Shown: positions 26,746-35,962 of the stretch, one piece after another | Layout: each line of letters opens with the position of its first letter | Position numbering within the stretch: the first letter of the stretch is position 1 | Origin: a virus | Strand: one strand, 5' to 3' | Virus record (IMG/VR): IMGVR_UViG_3300031578_004185 | Coordinates: 3,779 to 67,778 of that record | DNA length: 64,000 bases | The notes under the pieces: model-generated | The model's database searches: none | Told to the model about the DNA's origin: nothing | What the model saw: the letters and a program-made list of their open reading frames with translations, nothing else | Translations under genes and position numbers: made by a program

Positions 26746-27765
26746 TTAATGCAGGACTTTCTTCCCATCCTTGGTTGTTATTTGTATTGATCTCATCCAC
26801 AGTTGCCGCTCCCACCATGACCAATTCCGTCTATACCATCCTATGGTTTCATATAACCCATCGGCAAATTTGGTCTCTGCTTTCCAGTCCAGCAATCTCA
26901 GCGCCTTCTCTGTGGACGATGTATGTCTGAGTACCTGACCTGGTCTGTCCTCGACGTGTGTAATTGTGCTCTTGGTGTGTCGATTCATTGCAGATACTAC
27001 CATTTCGGCGATGCGACCTATACTTATACTTTCCCCGGAGCCTATATTTATAACTTCCCCCCTGACAGTATCAATATTACAGTGCAGGGCTTTGTCTATT
27101 GCCTTGCAGGTATCTTCCACATATACCCAATCACGGCTCATGCTACCGTCTCCGTGAATCGTTATTGGTTCGTTCAGTATACAGGATGTGATGAATCTTG
27201 GTAACATCTTCTCCAAGTGCTGGTAGGCTCCGTACTGGTTAAAGGGACGTAGAATAACCACAGGAATACCATAAGTGTACCAATAAGAGTAGACCAGTCT
27301 GTCCGCTCCCGCCTTGGCGCTGGCGTAAGGACTGAAGGGCAATAGCGGGTGCTCCTCGTTCATTATAGGTGTTATTGCGGTGCCGTACACCTCCGAGGTT
27401 GAAATGTGAATGAACCGCTCTATGTGCTTCCCGTGTTCCACAATGGCATTAACCACTGCTTGCGTCCCCAGCACGTCGGTCTCATAGAACAGCAGGTTAT
27501 CAAATATGGACCGAGAGACGTGGGATTCCGCCGCCATATGTACGACTGTATTGCATTGAGTCACCAGCTTGCCCACCAAGCCGGCGTTCCTGACATTTCC
27601 GAATACAAATTGCACTCTTGGGTCTCTGGGGATGTTATCCATGCAACCAGCGTAGGTGAGGGCGTCCAGTATTATTATTTGATAGTCGGGATACTTCTTG
27701 AGCAGGTAGCGTACAAAATTAGATGCAATAAATCCGGCGCCACCAGTAACCAATACGGTTCTCAT
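26746..27765 (-). CDS. rfbB: dTDP-glucose 4,6-dehydratase
   Basis: VTGGAGFIAS, DALTYAG, AAESHV, HISTSEVYG, SPYASAK. Confidence 0.9.
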   Translation of the reverse strand: MRTVLVTGGAGFIASNFVRYLLKKYPDYQIIILDALTYAGCMDNIPRDPRVQFVFGNVRNAGLVGKLVTQCNTVVHMAAESHVSRSIFDNLLFYETDVLGTQAVVNAIVEHGKHIERFIHISTSEVYGTAITPIMNEEHPLLPFSPYASAKAGADRLVYSYWYTYGIPVVILRPFNQYGAYQHLEKMLPRFITSCILNEPITIHGDGSMSRDWVYVEDTCKAIDKALHCNIDTVRGEVINIGSGESISIGRIAEMVVSAMNRHTKSTITHVEDRPGQVLRHTSSTEKALRLLDWKAETKFADGLYETIGWYRRNWSWWERQLWMRSIQITTKDGKKVLH

Positions 27766-28469
27766 AACATTTTCTCCTTCTTGTTGGTGATTATATCCAA
27801 GCTATCCTTCCCACAATTAAATAATAAATCAATTACTGATAGATAGGGGACAAATTCCCCGTAGAGTTGCCCGTACACAGGATGCTGGTAGTCGTGATAT
27901 GTTAGCTTGATACCATTCTGGGCAAATGCTCGTTCGCCCTCCCCAGTCAAGTAGTTCCTACCAGCGCTTCCCTCCAAGAGTTCGTCGGCCCCCAGTTCTA
28001 AGCAAATATTTACCATCCGGTGTACCTTGTCACCGTCAATACACAAGTCGCTGGAGAACTCCATCCTAGACTCTATCCCCAAGATGCTCCTCAGTTCTCT
28101 AATGAGGGTCAAATCAACATCAATCAGGTACTTCCACTCTTTGGAATACATCTCACAGAACACGTCATAGTAATCCGCAAAGAACGGCGCTTTAGAGTAG
28201 TTTTGCTGGATACTCCTCAAGTGATTCTTCCTCCAGTTGGTACTGTTATCTATCAGCACATCTTTGATTAGAGACGTGTAATTTCCTTTGGTTGCCACTG
28301 GAATGGTCAACCACTGTACTCCTTGATGAGTCTTGATTCTGTTTCTGTTTCTCCAGCTGCGCCTATCATACTGGACATCATCGTACACAACAAAGATATC
28401 ACTCCTAACCATTTGATCAAAGAATCCTAACCAAGGGAGGTATCCAGGTTGAAGTACTACAAGCCTCAT
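27762..28469 (-). CDS. WbqC family protein
   Basis: QPGYLPWLGFF...DDVQY...WRNRNRI, SVIDLLFNCG. Confidence 0.92.
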   Translation of the reverse strand: MRLVVLQPGYLPWLGFFDQMVRSDIFVVYDDVQYDRRSWRNRNRIKTHQGVQWLTIPVATKGNYTSLIKDVLIDNSTNWRKNHLRSIQQNYSKAPFFADYYDVFCEMYSKEWKYLIDVDLTLIRELRSILGIESRMEFSSDLCIDGDKVHRMVNICLELGADELLEGSAGRNYLTGEGERAFAQNGIKLTYHDYQHPVYGQLYGEFVPYLSVIDLLFNCGKDSLDIITNKKEKML

Positions 28470-29452
28470 GTTTCCAGAACTCCTTTAGTTCGTCTTTGTT
28501 CGGCAACTTTCAGCACGTTCTGATAATTATAGTTCCAAGATATATATTTCCAAGCGGAACACTTACTGCATACACCAATCTCGTCATACCTGCCTTCCAA
28601 TAACAACTTCCGGTATAGGTTGAACTTCTCTCCTTTCCAAATACTGCTGAGAGATTCATCCATCACATTACCCATATTAGTTTCCCCAGCGACGTCATGA
28701 CTACACAGCAACACTTTGCCCCTACTATCAATTTCAACCCTCTCGAACGGATATGGACAAGGCACTCTGTTAGTAATAAATGGTATAGTATCTCCAGATT
28801 CGGATGCGTATTTATCATCCCAAGTAAGATACTTCCTAACTTGGACATTGTCTACGATACCATTCCAGAAGGCCACAATGGAATCCAGTTTACCAGCTAT
28901 TACTTTCTGGTTAATTATGCTAGCTATTATCTTGGTGTTGCCTCTTATGGCATCCCTCTTCTTTGCAAGGTATCGCACATTACGGACTAGTTTATCAAAT
29001 TTCAATCCCACCCTGATCTTGGCGTAGGTTTCTCCATCGGCTGCGTCGGCACTGATGTCAATGGCGTCAATTCCCACATTCAGCATTCTGTTCACTTTGT
29101 CTGGTGTCAGGAGAGATCCATTAGTAATAAGCCCTACCCTCGCGTTGACGGACTTGGCGTACTTAATCAGCTCAATCACTTGTGGATGAAGCAACGGCTC
29201 GCCGCCGCCAGTAAGACGAAGCAAAGAGCCGAACTCACCACATTCTCTTGCTATCTTCTTAAATATCTCAGGTGGCATGAACGGGGCATCCCCGTAACTC
29301 CCCCTGATACTGGCGGACTGTGTATAGGGGCAGTGTGGGCATCTAGCATTACATACATAGGAAACGTTCACCGCTACCATTAAGGGGAACTCCTCGGCTC
29401 CCTCCTTGATTCCGTAGACTATCGGCAGGTGACTCATTTCAGTGATTTCCAT
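28466..29452 (-). CDS. Radical SAM/SPASM-domain protein
   Basis: CNARCPHC, GGGEPLLH, CPYPF...LCSHD...CSKC; probable start ATG 29452. Confidence 0.9.
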   Translation of the reverse strand: MEITEMSHLPIVYGIKEGAEEFPLMVAVNVSYVCNARCPHCPYTQSASIRGSYGDAPFMPPEIFKKIARECGEFGSLLRLTGGGEPLLHPQVIELIKYAKSVNARVGLITNGSLLTPDKVNRMLNVGIDAIDISADAADGETYAKIRVGLKFDKLVRNVRYLAKKRDAIRGNTKIIASIINQKVIAGKLDSIVAFWNGIVDNVQVRKYLTWDDKYASESGDTIPFITNRVPCPYPFERVEIDSRGKVLLCSHDVAGETNMGNVMDESLSSIWKGEKFNLYRKLLLEGRYDEIGVCSKCSAWKYISWNYNYQNVLKVAEQRRTKGVLET

Positions 29453-29834
29453 TACGATCTCCCTGTTCTGTTTTTTGACTCTGCATTTCCGCCAGTATCT
29501 CTTTAACATCAGCGAGTTCCTTTTCCATTTTCTCAAATATGTCACGGAAAGGACCCCCCGAGTCCCATGACTGCACGTTGTTGGCTCTATAGAAGGAGGG
29601 CAACATAAATACCCACTCAAGTATGGCCATAATAATTACAATCAAGACTAATACCAAACAAAACACCCAGAATGACAACGGTATCCCCCATGCCGTGAAT
29701 ATGGGGTTTATCGTTGTATAGAAACTCATTACTCCTACCAATGCAAGAGACAGCCAGCTCGCATAAGGACTTATATTGCCTATAACTATCTTAACTGCTC
29801 CCATGAATGTACCTGTCTGACGTTGCCTAAACAC
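29439..29834 (-). CDS. Small membrane protein (2 TM + coiled coil)
   Basis: Hydrophobic helices; start may be ATG 29804. Confidence 0.6.
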   Translation of the reverse strand: MFRQRQTGTFMGAVKIVIGNISPYASWLSLALVGVMSFYTTINPIFTAWGIPLSFWVFCLVLVLIVIIMAILEWVFMLPSFYRANNVQSWDSGGPFRDIFEKMEKELADVKEILAEMQSQKTEQGDRNGNH

Positions 29835-30943
29835 TATTCACCTCCCTTTAGATCTTCTAGCAGTTTGCAGTATTGGTCGGTTATTTCATTCCACGAGAAC
29901 AGCTCCAATACCCGCTTCCTACAGGCTTTCGCCATCCGTTGGGCAGCTTCTTTATGCTTCAGTGTCCAAGATATAGACCGTTCTAAGTCATCCACGTTCC
30001 CCGGCTCAATCAATAGCCCAGTAGTTCCCGCCTGTATTATTTCTTCTGTTCCTCCAACACTTGTGGCTATCACGGGAATACCAAACGACGCGGCCTCCAT
30101 CACTGCTGTTGGTAACCCCTCCGAGTATGATGGGTTAACAAAAATACGAGCCGAACGGTAAACATCGTCCAGTTGCTTCCCCGACAACTCCCCAAGAAAT
30201 TGGATACTGTTGCTACCGCCAGCAATCTCCCGCAACTGCCTCCGATACGGACCATCCCCGACAACCACAAGTGGAAGCCTCCCACCTAGTCGCTTGTGGG
30301 CTTCAATCAGATCCTGAACGCCCTTCGCCCGTACCAATCTGCCGACATAGAGTATTGAATCCGCCGTACCGGCAACGTTGCCGTTACCCACTATTCCATT
30401 AGAAATTCTGATTGTTCCCCGTGCCCCCAAATGCTTGGCGAAATTACAGGCAGCTCCGGATACTCCGACCACTCGCTCGGCTCTTCGCATGATCCAGCTC
30501 CCGATACTATGATCGTATGCTTTGCTGATAAGGTTGATCGCTAGATTTGCCACAACAGCATGACGGGAACCCCTTTCCACGTGAACTAGTGGCAACCCAT
30601 GCAACGCCGAGAAGACAACTCCTACAAAGGACAACACAAAGAATCTTGTCTGCGTGATAACTACATCGTAGTCACGTTTCCTCGCTAAGACACTAAGCAA
30701 CATTTTGGATGGCAATGGTACAGGGTACTGCCTATCCAGTAGAAGTAGACTCGGAACACGCCTGACCTCCACCCCGTCTATTGCCTCAATTGCTAGTGAG
30801 TCACCCAATTGACATGTGATCACATCCACTTGATACCCTCGCTCAACCAGCCTCCGGGACAACTCCAGTACGTTCTTTTCGTAACCCCCGACGTGTGGTG
30901 GGAAGAAGGACGCCCACACCAACAATCTTCTGGTACTACTCAC
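29834..30943 (-). CDS. GT4 family glycosyltransferase
   Basis: PPHVGG, YVGRLVRAKG, EGLPTAVMEAA. Confidence 0.92.
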   Translation of the reverse strand: MSSTRRLLVWASFFPPHVGGYEKNVLELSRRLVERGYQVDVITCQLGDSLAIEAIDGVEVRRVPSLLLLDRQYPVPLPSKMLLSVLARKRDYDVVITQTRFFVLSFVGVVFSALHGLPLVHVERGSRHAVVANLAINLISKAYDHSIGSWIMRRAERVVGVSGAACNFAKHLGARGTIRISNGIVGNGNVAGTADSILYVGRLVRAKGVQDLIEAHKRLGGRLPLVVVGDGPYRRQLREIAGGSNSIQFLGELSGKQLDDVYRSARIFVNPSYSEGLPTAVMEAASFGIPVIATSVGGTEEIIQAGTTGLLIEPGNVDDLERSISWTLKHKEAAQRMAKACRKRVLELFSWNEITDQYCKLLEDLKGGE

Positions 30944-31157
30944 TTTTTTTGTTCCATTCTATAATATTCCAGACTCGTTCATGAACATAATACAGTACCA
31001 CTCCTGCAACCAAATCCGCGATGCCTATACCGGTAGACAACCAGAGTTCCCCAGTAAACAGGAAGACTATAGTCATCGTTCCCAGAACCCCAACACATCT
31101 ATAGGAAACAGCTTTTGTTAGTGACCTTGACTTGGTTTCTTTCGTTTCAACCCCCAT
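30936..31157 (-). CDS. DUF2061-like small membrane protein (second copy)
   Basis: RSLTKAVSYR...YYVHERVWNIIEW. Confidence 0.75.
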   Translation of the reverse strand: MGVETKETKSRSLTKAVSYRCVGVLGTMTIVFLFTGELWLSTGIGIADLVAGVVLYYVHERVWNIIEWNKKSE

Positions 31158-31266
31158 TTGTCTTTTATTTGCTCCCGTATTTAGTTATTCTACCGGCGGG
31201 AAAGCTCCTTTATGTCTAAAGACGTACCAAACCAGCCACACCAAAATCAGGTAGTGCTTTACAAAG

Positions 31267-32466
31267 TCAATTGCCCATTCCCAAACCGACATTAGTCTGC
31301 TCATAACCCGCCCTCCTGAATATCAAATCCGATCCAACGGCACTGGTAGCAGATACACCAGCCAGCATCCACCAGAGGGGAGCCAACTGTGACCAAACGA
31401 AATGGTCGAATATGCTGAGAGTTAATATCAGTACCCAAGCATATTTCGTCTTTGTCTTTACCAAACACCACATTGATATCCATAGCCATGCCACTGACGC
31501 CAAAATACCCGGAACCCCCAATTGTTGAATAATTATTAGCGGGACGTTATGAACGGTGTGTACCGTGAACCCCGTCAAGTTGTACCCTTCCCCAAGCGGC
31601 TTTATACTAGTGAGTGCGTCCCTTATAACTAGCGCCCGATGGGTCAGCGGGGATACGTTAGCCGTTTCACCACTTGGTGCAACATAAACCGCCATGGGAT
31701 CCTGTTGGACGGTTCTAACAACATATGAATACAACGACTGTCCCCAACCAACAACAAATACCACAACAATCAGTAAAACTGTTGTGGTACCTATAGCCAT
31801 CAACCTTTTGCTCCAATCTCGTCTTATCAGCAATGTTAGTCCTAGTACCCCCATCGCAAATAATGCCTCGGGTGCACCACTGAAGAGCAACGCTATTACT
31901 GCTAATCCAGCCAGCAACCACTGCCACTTATGAATGAACAGGGCGACCCCCAAGAGGATATACCCCGTAGCAATATCAAAATTGTGTTCAAATATGAACC
32001 CCCCCGTGTGTTGTCCTGGATACACTAATCCACGAATAACAATTCCCAGCGAAGCAATTCCGGCACCGATAGCCAATGGAAGGAATACTTCCTTGCCCAG
32101 AACCCTCGATGCCAAATAGACGGCAAATAACGCAATTCCCATCCCCAGTGGAGCGACCTTGTCCTGCCAGCCATTGGCAGTGATCCCCGATAGTCCTATT
32201 GCCGCAACTATAATAAGAAGGGGAACAACTATTCTCTTATCCCCCCATCCTATCTCTTTAACCTTATCCCAGTTGTAGAGAAGAAACAGCCCCGTTCCCA
32301 TCATTAGGAGCAGGTAGCCGAAAGCAGGAAGAAAGAAGAGGGTTTCACCCTTACTATTTGTGGCCAGATCAGTTAACCATAAATTGTGAATTGGGGACAA
32401 AGCAAACCCGGCACCGATGACAACCACCCACCACTTGCTTACCTTGCTACTTTCTTCTCGTACCAT
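31267..32466 (-). CDS. O-antigen ligase/Wzy-like membrane protein
   Basis: About 10 TM; HNVPLIIIQQLGVPG ligase motif. Confidence 0.75.
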   Translation of the reverse strand: MVREESSKVSKWWVVVIGAGFALSPIHNLWLTDLATNSKGETLFFLPAFGYLLLMMGTGLFLLYNWDKVKEIGWGDKRIVVPLLIIVAAIGLSGITANGWQDKVAPLGMGIALFAVYLASRVLGKEVFLPLAIGAGIASLGIVIRGLVYPGQHTGGFIFEHNFDIATGYILLGVALFIHKWQWLLAGLAVIALLFSGAPEALFAMGVLGLTLLIRRDWSKRLMAIGTTTVLLIVVVFVVGWGQSLYSYVVRTVQQDPMAVYVAPSGETANVSPLTHRALVIRDALTSIKPLGEGYNLTGFTVHTVHNVPLIIIQQLGVPGILASVAWLWISMWCLVKTKTKYAWVLILTLSIFDHFVWSQLAPLWWMLAGVSATSAVGSDLIFRRAGYEQTNVGLGMGN

Positions 32467-32851
32467 TTGCTACTACCCTCGCTAGACTCTCGCTGAAGCC
32501 CGGTATCGCCTTAGCCAGTTGCGCCACCGCCACGGGTCCGTCCCTGACGATGACCTCCGCCCTGTTTGCGCGGTAGTCGTACCTGAACAGGACATCTATG
32601 CAGGGAGTCTCCCCCCAGAGCCAGTCTATAGCAACGCTGGCAGACATGTCCCAGCTCACCTCCACCTCGGGGTACACCTCATAGTATTTTACAAACTTCT
32701 TGCTAGGGAACTGTTCACCCTGAACGGGGTGCTTCGCCCGCACTGTCCCCACTCCCTCGGTGTACTTTTTAGTAGCCCGAATACAGTCCTCTACGTCCCT
32801 AACCAGCACAATTGCTCCGCTGAATAAACTTTGCTTGTCTTTTTTGCTCAT
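32447..32851 (-). CDS. Hypothetical protein
   Basis: 134-aa ORF in tight operon. Confidence 0.65.
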   Translation of the reverse strand: MSKKDKQSLFSGAIVLVRDVEDCIRATKKYTEGVGTVRAKHPVQGEQFPSKKFVKYYEVYPEVEVSWDMSASVAIDWLWGETPCIDVLFRYDYRANRAEVIVRDGPVAVAQLAKAIPGFSESLARVVANGTRRK

Positions 32852-33277
32852 TTAGACCTCCGTAATCCCATGTATCTTCATCCGCTCCTTTGCTAGCCCG
32901 TCGAACCAAGACATCTCCAAACCGATTCTCTCGCACATCGCCACGAAACTCGGTGTGTTACGTGCTTCCTTGGTCAGTGTCTCTACGGTTACAGGTTTCC
33001 CCTTCTCTTGGAAGTCACGAATCGCCTTGTCCATTTCCCTCGGAGCCTTCTTCATAATCGCTTGACGTAGCTTGCTCGGTCGTTGCCCGACCACAGTGCT
33101 ACTTAGAGTCTCAATCTGCTGCTCCGTGGACGCTTGTTCCAGTGTTCTCACTACATCGCGACGGCTAGCAAGGGCAACCGCTTTTCTCGCGACAGGGTTA
33201 CCCAAGGCTTGTGAAGCGATAGACTTCTCCTCGCCCCTCTGGATGCGCTCTATCCGTTCTCTATCCCTTCTTCCCAC
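32852..33277 (-). CDS. Hypothetical protein
   Basis: 141-aa ORF, SD GGAGG. Confidence 0.65.
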   Translation of the reverse strand: MGRRDRERIERIQRGEEKSIASQALGNPVARKAVALASRRDVVRTLEQASTEQQIETLSSTVVGQRPSKLRQAIMKKAPREMDKAIRDFQEKGKPVTVETLTKEARNTPSFVAMCERIGLEMSWFDGLAKERMKIHGITEV

Positions 33278-33515
33278 TCTTACCTCCTACTAGCGCTGAA
33301 TATATTGCTAAGGGCCAGAATAGCCACATAGCGCCAATAATCAAGACTGTTGCCTCTTTTGTACTGACAAACGACCCCGACGTTATCAGCTTGTCCCTCG
33401 TGTCCTGAGATGCAGAGAACAAGCGAGTGCGAATACGCTTGGTCGCCAAGTCTAGTATACCGAGAACTATAACCCCCAAGCAGAGGTATATACCAATACC
33501 AGCTAGAATGTTCAA
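33261..33515 (-). CDS. Small membrane protein (2 TM)
   Basis: Hydrophobic helices, basic tail. Confidence 0.65.
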   Translation of the reverse strand: MNILAGIGIYLCLGVIVLGILDLATKRIRTRLFSASQDTRDKLITSGSFVSTKEATVLIIGAMWLFWPLAIYSALVGGKSGKKG

Positions 33516-33931
33516 AAGCCAAACTCCCCCCTCCGTTTCTTCCGCCTTACTACCCGTTTACCGGGCTTGGGCTTTGCCCGCAGGTTCTCGTCCAAGTCGG
33601 GCATACCATCGTCCGCATAAAAGCTCTCGTCCTTCTTCTCCGTCTCCTCGCCTATTCGCTCGCCACCTCCCTTCTCCATGCTCTGCTCCCCAATAGCATC
33701 CCGTTTCTCGCGCAAACCGTATGCAGCAAACATACAGAACACGGTCATACCAAGCAGGCAGGCAAAGCCGAATATGTAGTACAAGTCCCAAGTGACTACG
33801 GACTGCTGGAAGCAGTACCCGCCGAGTAGCGCCCAGAATATAGCTGAGGGGAAACCGAGCATAGCGTTTCGGGATTGGAACATCGCGTAGGTCAGTATCA
33901 CCGCTATTGCTGTTAACATTCCGAACAACAT
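33512..33931 (-). CDS. Membrane protein (3 TM + charged tail)
   Basis: Hydrophobic N-terminal half, SD GAGGGGG. Confidence 0.7.
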   Translation of the reverse strand: MLFGMLTAIAVILTYAMFQSRNAMLGFPSAIFWALLGGYCFQQSVVTWDLYYIFGFACLLGMTVFCMFAAYGLREKRDAIGEQSMEKGGGERIGEETEKKDESFYADDGMPDLDENLRAKPKPGKRVVRRKKRRGEFGF

Positions 33932-33945
33932 AATATCACCCCCTC

Positions 33946-35505
33946 CTAGTCGTGCTCTGGCATACCAAGTTTGTCACATAAGAATTCAAGACCTATATGC
34001 TGCACTACTACTTCCCCTGCTATCTCATCAGAGGATGCAATCCTGTCTATAATAATCCCCATATTGTCAACAATTTCTACTCCTGTCATATCCAGAGGAA
34101 AGTGTATGCTGTAGGTTTGGAACTGAGCAGCTACGCCGGTTAGGGTCTCTATGATAACAGTATCACCAGTAGCAGGTACAATGTCTGTCCCTACTGTAAT
34201 GCTCTCATATTCTAGCTCAATCCTGAAAGCATCGGTAGCTGCGCCTTGGGCATCGGTTATCCAGCAATGTAAGTGTACCCAAGTGGTTTCGCCTTCGTAT
34301 ACCCAGATGCCATCGCCGTCTTCACAGCTACAGTAGAGTCTTCCATCGTATTCTTTTAGGAACATTGGAACATCAGCACTAACCTTGCTGTAGTCCGAGT
34401 TCTTGTTCCAGAAGTCTCCTATGTTTGACCAAACGCTTGATTGACAGGCACTAAATAGTTTCCCGTCATATTCCTCAAGCCCTATTGGCTGATTGTCCTG
34501 AGTGGTTTGAATATTGGTGCTTACTGCCCAAGCTCCTCCAGATTTTGCCCAGGTTATATCATCTCCCTCACAATTTAAATATAAATCTCCATCGTGTTCG
34601 TGAAACTCAGCAGGGTCGCTGCCAACATCATCATCTTTTGCCCAAGTTCCAGCACTTCTTATCCACACATCGTCATCAGTACCAAGACATCCAACATAAA
34701 GGTCTCCCTCGTATTCAGCCAAGAATCTCGGCATAGCACCAACAGCACCGGCAACACCGCCTGCACCAAGAGCAGGGTCTACAGACCATACCCCACCACT
34801 AAGTCTCCAGATTTCGTCATCATCTTCGCAGGTAACATATAAGTCTCCTCCGAACACTGCCATTCCTTCAGGATGACCACCTACATCACCGCTTTTCGCC
34901 CAAGTAGAACCGTCAAACATCCAGACAGTATCATCAAGGCGACAGGTAACATATAAATTGCCATCGTATGTGCAAGAATAGCGTGGGTTTCTATCTACAG
35001 CACCGCTTATACTAAAGGTTGTGCCGTCATAGACCCATACATTGTCATCGCCATTGCAAGGAATATAAAGTTTGTCCTCATAAACAGCCATCCCTCTGGG
35101 CTTGTCGCCAACGTCCTGCAAGTATGTCCAAGCTGGCTCTGACCACCTGTTAGGAATGCACATATCAATTGTTAGTATCTCATCAGCACCAGCAACAGGC
35201 AAGCTAAATCCACCAAAGACTCCTCTAGTTACCCAAGTGGGCGCTCCCTGTGCCCTGATTGTCTCAAAATCTAGGTCGGGTCTTAACTCTATCCACGCTT
35301 TGCCATCTCCACTGAGGACAATCTGGCCACCAAACTCAGACGTTCCGGTTGTGGTTAGCCCGTCGGTGTTGGCTATCCCGGTAGTATATAACCTATCCGG
35401 CAAAGGGTCATCAGCAGTGCAACTTAGCGGTATTACCAGCGCGATGAGAAGGAGTATGCCAAGCACGGCACCTCCGATTCTCCTAGCTTGGACGCGCCCA
35501 CTCAT
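33946..35505 (-). CDS. Exported beta-propeller protein, putative receptor-binding/virion surface protein
   Basis: Signal/TM, then about 6 repeats of type DVGxxPxxMxxYxGxLYxxCxxDDxVW; probable start ATG 35505. Confidence 0.7.
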   Translation of the reverse strand: MSGRVQARRIGGAVLGILLLIALVIPLSCTADDPLPDRLYTTGIANTDGLTTTGTSEFGGQIVLSGDGKAWIELRPDLDFETIRAQGAPTWVTRGVFGGFSLPVAGADEILTIDMCIPNRWSEPAWTYLQDVGDKPRGMAVYEDKLYIPCNGDDNVWVYDGTTFSISGAVDRNPRYSCTYDGNLYVTCRLDDTVWMFDGSTWAKSGDVGGHPEGMAVFGGDLYVTCEDDDEIWRLSGGVWSVDPALGAGGVAGAVGAMPRFLAEYEGDLYVGCLGTDDDVWIRSAGTWAKDDDVGSDPAEFHEHDGDLYLNCEGDDITWAKSGGAWAVSTNIQTTQDNQPIGLEEYDGKLFSACQSSVWSNIGDFWNKNSDYSKVSADVPMFLKEYDGRLYCSCEDGDGIWVYEGETTWVHLHCWITDAQGAATDAFRIELEYESITVGTDIVPATGDTVIIETLTGVAAQFQTYSIHFPLDMTGVEIVDNMGIIIDRIASSDEIAGEVVVQHIGLEFLCDKLGMPEHD

Positions 35506-35506
35506 T

Positions 35507-35788
35507 CTACTCACTCTCGACCCCTGTATTGGCCGACACGTACTGGATGTACTGCCCAACAGCCAATGGTCGGATAAACCTCTCTACCTGCCCTCTCGAC
35601 AACCCACTCGTTTCGGAGATCTCGTCGATATCGCTCGTTCCTCTAGTCTCCAAAGCCATCAGTATCCTACTCTTGGGATCGCCGGAGAACTCCTGTAGTT
35701 TCTCTCGCCCTTCCTGCGTCAACCTGAAGGTAGCATTCCTCGGTATCCCCGGTCCCTTGTGTCCAAATCGTCCGAAGAAGAAACTCAT
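35507..35788 (-). CDS. Winged-helix DNA-binding protein
   Basis: RILMALETRGTSDIDEISETSGLSRGQVERFIRPL. Confidence 0.65.
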   Translation of the reverse strand: MSFFFGRFGHKGPGIPRNATFRLTQEGREKLQEFSGDPKSRILMALETRGTSDIDEISETSGLSRGQVERFIRPLAVGQYIQYVSANTGVESE

Positions 35789-35962
35789 TTTATCTTCTTA
35801 TCCTCCTTCGTGCTTTATTCAAGTGCCTTTGCGTTTTGGTAGTCTTTATTTTAGGCAACTCCCTAGTTTTTATCACCTTACCACCCCGGACAGTTTGTCT
35901 CACCCGCTTCCCCGATGAGTAGGTTCTTACTCTATGGGTTACTCCACCAAACATAATAGACA

